Shown: positions 55,645 to 64,000 of the stretch, in pieces | Position numbering within the stretch: the first letter of the stretch is position 1 | How the letters are laid out: each line of letters begins with the position of its first letter | Source: Negaprion brevirostris | Taxonomy: Eukaryota | DNA length: 64,000 bases | Direction of reading: 5' to 3' | Assembly: GCA_030324005.1 (NCBI GenBank) | Contig: JARDVH010000137.1 | Span: forward strand, 6,721,420 to 6,785,419 | Translations under genes and position numbers: made by a program | Notes under the pieces: model-generated | Told to the model about the DNA's origin: nothing | Seen by the model: the letters and a program-made list of their open reading frames with translations, nothing else | Databases searched by the model: none

Positions 55645-56990
55645 ACTCCCGGGTAATTATAGGCTGGTGAGCTTGACGTCTGTGGTAGGGAAGTTGTTGG
55701 AGTGGATTCTTAGAGATGGGATGTATGCACATTTAGAACGGAATGATCTCATTAGTGATGGACAGCATGGTTTTGTAAGAGGGAGGTCATGCCTCACAAA
55801 TTTGGTGGAGTTTTTTGAGGAGNNNNNNNNNNNNNNNNNNNNNNNNNNNNNNNNNNNNNNNNNNNNNNNNNNNNNNNNNNNNNNNNNNNNNNNNNNNNNN
55901 NNNNNNNNNNNNNNNNNNNNNNGTGTGGAGTTTGCACATTCTCCCCATGTCTGCGTGAATTTTCTCCAGGTGCTCCGGTTTTTCTCTCACAGTCCAAAGA
56001 TGTGTGGGTTAAGTGGACTGGCTGTGATAAATTGGGAGTCTCAAACACCAGGTTAAAGTCAAACAGGTTTATTTGGTAACACAAGCCACTAGCTTTCGGA
56101 GCGCTGATCCTTCATCAAGTGAGGAGTGATGAACATTATCAGAGAATACAACAGGATATAGTTAGGCTGGAAAATTGGGCGGAGAAATGGCAGATGGAAT
56201 TTAATTCAGATAAATGCGAAGTGATGAATTTCATTGGATCTAATATAGGGGGGAGCTATACAATAAATGGCAGAAACATCAAAAGTATAGACACACAGAG
56301 GGACCTGTGCAAGTCCACAGATCCTTGAAGGTGGCAGCACAGGTGGAGAAGGTGGTGAAGAAGGCATATGGCATGCCTGCCTTTATAGGACAGGGCATAG
56401 AGTATAAAAGTTGGCATATGACGTTGCAGCTATATAGAACATTGGTTAGGCCACATTTGGAATACTGTGTCCAGTTCTGGTCGTCACACTACCAGAAAGA
56501 CGTGGAGGCTTTGGAGAGAGTGCAGAAGATGTTTACCAGGATGTTGCCTGGTATGGAGGGTCTTAACTATGAGGAGAGATTGGGTAAACTGGGGTTGTTC
56601 TCCCTGGAAGTTCTCCCTGGAAAGGCAGAGAATGAAGGGAGACCTAATAGCGGTATATAAAATTATGAGGGGTATGGATGGGGTGAACAGTGGGAAGCTT
56701 TTTCCCAAGTCGGAGGTGACAAACACGAGGGGGTCACAGGTTCAAGGTGAGGGCGGCGAGGTTTAACTCAGATATCAGAGGGACGTATTTTATACAGAGG
56801 ATGGTAGGGGCCTGGAATGCGCTGCTAAGTAGGGTGGTGGAGGCTGGGATCGTTTAAAACTTATCTGGATAGTCACATGAGCAGACTGGGAATGGAGGGA
56901 TACAAAAAATGGTCTAGTTGGACCAATGAGCGGCGCAGGCTTGGAGGGCCGAAAGGCCTGTTTCCTGTGCTGTATTGTTCTTTGTTCTCT
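55645..56990 (+). mobile_element. CR1 LINE RT and 3' end, with nested SINE and Penelope tail
   Basis: PGNYRLVSLTSVVGKLLE, QHGFVRGRSCLTNL and LYRTLVRPHLEYCVQFWS. Confidence 0.9.
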
Positions 56991-58179
56991 TCATTGCCCC
57001 AGTGTTGCCTTACTGGTAATGATAGAGTGAGGAATATGCCTGATCACGAGGTTACATATTATGCTGGAGTACAATTTTGCTTCTGCTGACAATTGTCCAC
57101 AGCAGGTATACATGTGTGAAAGAGGTGATTCGGGTCAAGAATGATAATGCTTAAGAGAGCAATGCCATGAGGAGAAGGAGAACAGTAATTTAAATTGGGT
57201 TACTAAAGTCAGCACAGAACTATTGGAAACCAGAGTGTATTAAATTACTTGCAAGTAAATTTGTTTTAAGCATGGGGACCAGGTACATCAATTGAGAGAA
57301 AACTTCTTTAACTAAGATGTTTTGATGGTCTCAAAGAGAATGGTATAGACGTTTGGGGCCTTATGTGTTTTTGATTCTGTATTTTTGATTCTGCAGTCAT
57401 CATGGAAAGAAAAACTCATTTATACAGTGCCTTTCATAACCACCAAACATCTCAAAGTGCTTCACAGTCAATGAAGTACTTCTATAAAAACAGGGGATCC
57501 AGTTTGCACACAGCAAGCTCCTACAAATAGCAGTGTGATATTGATCAGATAATGTGTTTTTGTGATGTTGAAAGTGAATACACAGTATACCATTGGTGAT
57601 ATATACTAGCTTCACAGACTAGTGATAAAGTATATTTGAAATCTAGGCACTTATTGTAAATATCACCAATTTTTAAAGAGCAAAATTTTATCGAAGTATA
57701 GACAGCAATTATTAATCAAACTTATTCAATATTTTATCATATATCCTGCATTGCTATTGGAAATAGTTTAACATGTTTCTGGAGGATTTCGGTTGTGTTA
57801 ACCCGTTGATAGAATAACTAAAAGTCTTAAGATGCTTAATCAGATTAGTTCCTATGAAGATATTTTAGCAATACTTGGTCAAATAATGTGTTTAAGATAC
57901 AGTATTTATAAAACGGGATGAAAGAAAAATTACAATTCAGCATTAAATTTTAGTTTTTATGAAGTGCGCATTGATAACGTTTGATATAATTGGCTAATAT
58001 TTACTAATTTGTTTTGACCCATGACAACGGATTATCATTCACTTTTATATTCAGACCTTGCATAAAATACTTGTATGATCAGCCAAACTATTCCTGTTAT
58101 GCAAAAAATATTAAATTGCCTTTTATCAAAGACGTGATATTTTGTTTGAATTCTCCACTTTCCAGACTAGTTTATTCCT

Positions 58180-58820
58180 CTTGGACTGAGTCAAGGTCCT
58201 TCCTGCTGCCGTCACTGAACGAAACTGCGGGGAGTTGTGTACAGAAGCTTCGACTGTTATAGTCATCGGATACATAATACCCATCAAGATCAGCGAGGAG
58301 AGCTGGTGTAAAAAAAAGCCAAGCTGATTTGCTGTGTTGTGTAAGGGAGACACACAGTCGTTCAGAGTTCCTGAAACAGGAAATACGCCGAGTTTGCTTT
58401 TATTTGGGGAAGGAAAAACTGAAGGAACAAGAAAGTCCTGCTGTGGCGTTGTGTGATGTTAATGCAGTCACGTTTTGGTGGGTTAATACATCTTTAAGGT
58501 GGTCTTGCCAATGACTCTGCTGGAATGAAAGTGTTCTCTTTCTTGTTTTTTGCCTCTCAAACAACATACAATTGCACGTAATGATCGGAAAGGAGCTGTT
58601 TCAGACCATTTCGACTTGCTGCATTCACATTATCTGAACTTGAAACAGGATCGGAAAGGTAGCGAAGACTGGAGTCGATTGTGTTTTGATGCATGAACCT
58701 TCAGAAGCTAACGGTTGGTTTGTTTCACCTCATTTGCTGTGCAGTGACTCCGTTCTACAACAGTAACCCGAGTTACATTACGAGTTTCGAGGGAGGGAAA
58801 GAGCCTCTCGAGGAAGGACT
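58180..58820 (+). promoter_or_regulatory. Probable PITPNC1 promoter and 5'UTR
   Basis: Repeat-free, CpG-retaining sequence directly upstream of the ATG; the TSS cannot be placed. Confidence 0.5.
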
Positions 58821-58868
58821 ATGTTGGTGAAGGAGTTCAGGATTTGCATGCCCCTGACAGTAGAGGAG
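58821..58868 (+). CDS. PITPNC1: PITPNC1 (cytoplasmic phosphatidylinositol transfer protein 1) first coding exon (MLVKEFRICMPLTVEE)
   Basis: 48 nt followed by donor GTAAGT. Matches human MLLKEYRICMPLTVDE, and lies head-to-head with PSMD12 as in human. Confidence 0.9.
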
Positions 58869-59540
58869 GTAAGTATAACTCACATGGTACCTATTTAATG
58901 GTGGTCTATTTCTAAAAGAAAATGCATGCCCGATCAAACATCTTTATTTTGTTTCACGTCATATGTCTCCCTGATAACGGTTGAATTGCTATGGTGCTTT
59001 AAGATTTGAACGCGTGTACGATCGCTTGTTAAAATTAGGAAATGTTCCATTTGTTTCGGATTATACATGTATGTACTGTAAAAGCATTGCTATCACATAT
59101 AATGGAAATCATATGACTGCGCTGTGCACGAACCGCGAGGCTGCGTCTCAAACGCAATGGAAAGCTTCCCCGCCTTACTGGAAGTACTACTGTTTAACAG
59201 TACCTTCAATTGAAAAGAAACAGATAAGTTGAGGAAAATCGGAGAAAGTAGTTGCTGGCGAAATACAAGTCGCCTCAGAGGGTGTGAGTGGGGTTAGCTA
59301 CACATCAAAGGCTCTTTTTTGTAGGCAGGGTGCCTTTGTTTAAATTTTCCACTTGAATACGATTTCCTATCCTTCAGTCACGACCACTGAATTATTACTA
59401 TAAGGTATGTCCCTTAACTGCACAGATTGAACTACATTAAAAACAAGATAATTTTTTAATGTTAGAATAGCTCATGGTAAACGTAAATATATGAATATGT
59501 TTTATCGTGGAGGATAACGCATTCATCCTCCTCTCTGCTG

Positions 59541-59556
59541 GCACCAGATGGCGCTG
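59541..59556 (+). promoter_or_regulatory. Candidate CTCF site
   Basis: GCACCAGATGGCGCTG is close to the consensus CCASYAGRKGGCRS; lies in PITPNC1 intron 1. Confidence 0.5.
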
Positions 59557-60166
59557 AAGTGAAACCCATATTGTTTACCCTTTTTGGTCTGAAACATTAG
59601 AGCTCAAGTGGTGGCACTGCACATGCATTAAAAAGAGCAGCCGCAACATTGGTTTTATTTCCCCCTTCCAAATTTTTGAATAGAATACCTTTAGAAAGTT
59701 ACTAGAATTATTCTGGTCAAAATATTCGGAACTTCTACAGTTGGGAAATACCATCGTGTCTTTTAAAATTATGATTATAATTGTCATCTTTTGTTTAAAA
59801 AAAGCAAAGCAGATCAATTGACCGTGATATATACGTTTAGCCTTAATGTTCAGAAACAATGTAAAAGATGCTAGTATTTTGGTTGTCTCAAACGTGGCAA
59901 CATAATTTTATAAACGTGAATTTATACAGATCTGTGTGGTTGTGCGAATTTACATGTAATGGTTTATGGAAAAACTATCATTCAGGTTAGTTGAGATCCA
60001 ATAGTGCAGCCAAGTCATGACCTCCATAATTATAAAATGTTATTAATGAATAATTCAGAGGTTGAGTAACTTGAAGTGCAAAGGCTTGAAAACTGAATTG
60101 TAGTTTGATTACTCTTTTGTATGATCTTTTCATGTGTGCTTTGTAAATAAAAATACATTAAGTAGG

Positions 60167-60364
60167 TTGGCCTTTTTGCTAAGATCAAGCATAGGATCAA
60201 GCTCAAGATCAGCTGTAATGCCTGTTCTTGTCAGTTGGGATCCAGTATGCCTCTTTTGTGGGAGTCATGAATTGGATTCAATTTGAATTGATTTTTCACA
60301 GCAAACAAGGAGACGGATTAGGGCTTGCCCTGTCCGCTCTGTGCACTGCCTTTGTAGTTCTGCA
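60167..60364 (+). pseudogene. U2 snRNA-derived element (copy 1)
   Basis: ttggcctttttgctaagatcaagcatag matches U2 TCGGCCTTTTGGCTAAGATCAAGTGTAG at 24/28. It is followed in U2 order by ctgttcttgtcagtt, an Sm-like gattttt and ggagacggattagggcttgccctgtccgctct (stem III). Confidence 0.8.
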
Positions 60365-62199
60365 AAAGGATTGAAATGAAAAAATATGTATAGTAGATTG
60401 AATGGGATCTTGTTCAAGGGCAGTATTTCTATATGGTTTGCCATAAGGAAACAAAATTGAAGACACTGAAAGAAAACGTTGATAAACTTTCCTGATTATA
60501 GTTTGAAAGGGATTAATTGTGCACAGAAGTGTACAGGATGATTTCCCACGGTCTACCCAAGAGCAGCCCTTCACCTAAAATGATTAAAGACATGCCAATC
60601 AGGCTGATAGGCCTCGAACATGATGCTGAATTCCTAATTCTGCAGGAGAAAGGGTATTCAGTTAACCTGGCGTATCATATATGCATGTTACCTTAACAGC
60701 AACATTACTTAAATTGTTCCAAGATAAATCCACAGTAGTTCTCTCTAAAGCAGTTCCTAACTCACTGAGTGCCTTCATAAAATGAGCACAAGGAAGCCTC
60801 TTAGTTGTTTGATTCAGCACTCCATTACATAGCAATTTTTTGGGACTTGCTATCTTTAACTGGCAAAACTGAATTTGACATATTTATGCATGTATATCTC
60901 TTTCCATTGCTGTATATCTTGCAAATCAATATGTCTTTGCATATTTCCTTAGCAACATTCTGTTGCAATCATTTGCCCTTGCAGCTGTCAGTTCAGTGCT
61001 TATCATAGATATTCCATTGGGCCTTCCAATGGCTGGCCTGGATTTAGAGGAGAAGAGAAATATATGCAGTGGGAGGAAAGGCTGGTTTACCTTCACCAAG
61101 GGTTTCTGATGCTCATCCATAGGCAGCCAGAAATGACATTCTGATCCTGACACAACTTGGGCATGTCTCAGAGACCTATTTTCAATTCTGTTTCAGCAGG
61201 GAGGATGTCATTGAATTGTGTTGTCTCCTGAAGCCTGAGCTACAGACGACAGCTTGCCTGTTTACAGTCAAAGCAGCACCACACTGAACTTTCATACCAG
61301 ATGCTTATTTCAAGCCACCATAGGCAAAATTTACCAGATCAATCTGTATAACAGCTCATTAAGAATCTTGCGACATGTGTCTCTTTCTCCAGGGAAGGAA
61401 AGCATCAATTCAAGAGGGAACAGCACTTCTTTCAGGTTCCTAAAACTGCCCAGTCTCATTAGCACCCATGCACCCATCAGAGTGCCTTTTAATACATGGG
61501 ACATATATTGATTGCAAAGAATTCCATTTTATTACTGAATTGCTCCAAACAGAATAATGCAAGCAACATTGAAACACTTTGGCAGAAATCATGATTTCTT
61601 TTGAAACCATGATTTCCACAATCAACTAGAATGAACGAATGGCTGCAGAGAAACTACTGCTTTCTGTGTGACTATTTATGTCAGCCACAAACTCCCACAA
61701 CATGATGGAATAAAATACAACTTTTCACAGAATCATTGAACCATACAGCACAGAAGAGGGCCTTTGGCCGATCGAGTCCACACCGACACATTAGAAACAA
61801 CTGAACTCCCACCTAATCCCATCTGCCAACACTTGGCCTATACCCTGAGACTGATGGAGACTTTCGTCTCCATTGAAATTCCAATAAAATATAAAATAAT
61901 TATATTAAAGGATTGCTGCTAATGTCTGGATGGATCAGGTGGGGTCCAATTGTATAGCCATGAGAAGGCATTGACAATCAACTCAGCACCTCCGTTGAAC
62001 CTCTCCATTATCTCTAAATTGTCACACTACTTATCCAACATTCAATAGTGAATGGGCAATATGCAACAAAATATTGGAAGATTGAAGTCATTGTCTTCGA
62101 TCCCAGCCACAAACTGTTTCCTAATCACCAATTTCATCCCTCTTCCTGGAAACTGTCAGAGGTTGAACCAGACCCTTTGCAACTTTGGTAATGATGCAG

Positions 62200-62530
62200 C
62201 ACCTGTAATCTAGAGGCTCAGACTAGTGCCCTGGGGAGCATGAGTTCAAATCCCAACATGGCAGTTGGTAGAATTTGATTTCAGTTAATAAATCTGGAAT
62301 ATAAAACTAGTTTCAGTAATGGCGACCATGACAGCTATCATCGAATATCATAAAAACCTATCTGGTTTACTAATGTTCTTTAGAGAAGGAAACTTGCCAT
62401 CTTACCAGGTTTGCTTCCGTGGGACTTCAGATCCACAGCAATGTGGTTGATTTAACTGAAATGGCCTATCAAACTCCGTTCAAGAGCATTGAAGGATACA
62501 CAACAAATGCTGGCCATGTCACCCCATGTA
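62200..62530 (+). mobile_element. tRNA-derived SINE (second family)
   Basis: B-box-like gagttcaaatccc; body aaaacctatctggtttactaatg. A related fragment lies at ~33860-33970. Confidence 0.6.
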
Positions 62531-62569
62531 AGNNNNNNNNNNATATTTTTAAAATTTGCATAATCATCA

Positions 62570-64000
62570 AAATCACCTACTGCCACCTCGATAACATCAC
62601 CCAACACTGCCAGTATTTCAGCTGATCTGTTGAAATCTTCATCCATGTTTCTAGTACTTCCTTGGGTTGACTATTCCAGCACTATCGTGGCCAACCTCCC
62701 ATTTTGCCCCTTTATTAAACACGAGATCATTGAAAACGCTACCCATTTCCTAACTAATGCCAAGTTCCATTCTTAGACTTTAGCTCTTGGTCTGACAACA
62801 ATTAAATTTTAAAATTCTCATTCTTGTTTTCAGCTCCTTCCATACTTTGCCTCTCCCTATCTTTGTGACTCATCCAGCCTAACAATCCTCCAGATACTCT
62901 AACCACCTTTGATTCTGACCTCTGGAGCAACCACTATTTTAATCATGTGCTGTTGGCGAACATGCTTTCAGACATCTAGGCCCTAAACTCTGGAATAACT
63001 ACCCTGGACCCGTTTGCCTTGTACTTCTCTGAGATACTCTTAAAAACTTATCTCTGACCAAGCTTTTGATCATCTGCCTATATATTTCCTTATGTAGCTC
63101 AAGTGTCAAATTTGGTTGATGATGTTTGTGTAAAATGCCTTGATGATTCAGTATATTCAAGACACAATATAAATACAAGTAGTTGTGTATTGCAAAAATC
63201 ACTGTTTACATATGTGACTGGAGGAATAGCCTCCATTTTGGCCGTGAGGAAGGAAGAGGAAGAAAACTGGCTGTGCTGATTAAATGGCAAGGCAAATTTA
63301 TGCAAAGAAGTGATTGACAGATTTTTTTGTTAAAAATAGCGCTCGTGATCTTCAATTGTCAATCTTACGGTCCATTCTGCAAACCTTGACTCCTTACCAA
63401 TGGGATATCCTGAATCCCATTTACCTTGCGTAACAAATCAATATATTAGTTCCCAACAAATTGTCATGCTCTTTCAGCCAAAGAGATCGTCTATAGATAA
63501 TTCAAAGAAAATGCAACCAGCTACTTTTCTATTCCATGCCTAACTGTTTGACTCTCGGATGTCTACCACTGGTGAAAGTATAGGATGTATGTTGTCTACT
63601 TTCTAATCTTCTACTTGTTTAATGTGCCATCTCAGTAAGAGGAATTGCTTTTCAGTTCTTCTGTGGCAAACACCACAGCTCATCTGATGCTGAAAGTAGC
63701 AACCATATATTTTTCCTCATTGACTTAATGTTCCAAAGCTTTTCTGCACAGCCAAGTTTTTACCCTATTTAAAGTTGAGCTTATTCAAAACTCTGCTACC
63801 TGTATTCTAACTTGCGTTAAGTCTTGTCCACTATGCTTACTGGCTCTAAGTGTGACATTGCCTCACTTTTAAAATTCTAATCATTTTCTTCAAATCCCTG
63901 CATGGTATCATCCCTCCCTATCATTCCAGATGACCTCCTCCTGCCCTGTGATTCTTTGATCTCTGGTCATTGTAATAGCTCCATCTAGCAGAATCATCAT
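62570..64000 (+). mobile_element. Two L2 LINE 3' remnants (62570-63200 and ~63600-64000)
   Basis: Shared segment ttttaaaattct(c/a)a..tt...cctccctatc; L2-type tail tataaatacaagtagttgt. Confidence 0.7.

Overview
Eukaryotic, AT-rich, repeat-dense DNA with many N gaps. It is inferred to come from a shark or other cartilaginous fish, based on V-SINE/Deu-SINE, CR1/L2 and Penelope repeat types. The minus strand carries PSMD12 (26S proteasome lid subunit Rpn5). Ten of the 11 expected coding exons are located with GT-AG boundaries between 51719 and 18257. Exon 9 was not found and probably lies in an assembly gap. About 7 kb upstream and head-to-head, the first coding exon of PITPNC1 starts at 58821, the same arrangement as in human. 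The remainder is mostly decayed transposon sequence: CR1/L2 LINEs, tRNA-derived SINEs, Gypsy remnants, Penelope-like elements and short Harbinger-like MITEs. I found no convincing new multi-gene system. The most unusual signals are two dispersed copies of a U2 snRNA-derived element that share non-U2 sequence, fold-back Penelope ends with minimal hammerhead ribozyme motifs, and a Vingi/Ingi-like LINE tail. Exon coordinates were checked base by base. Repeat boundaries are approximate and family names come from recall, not from a database search.
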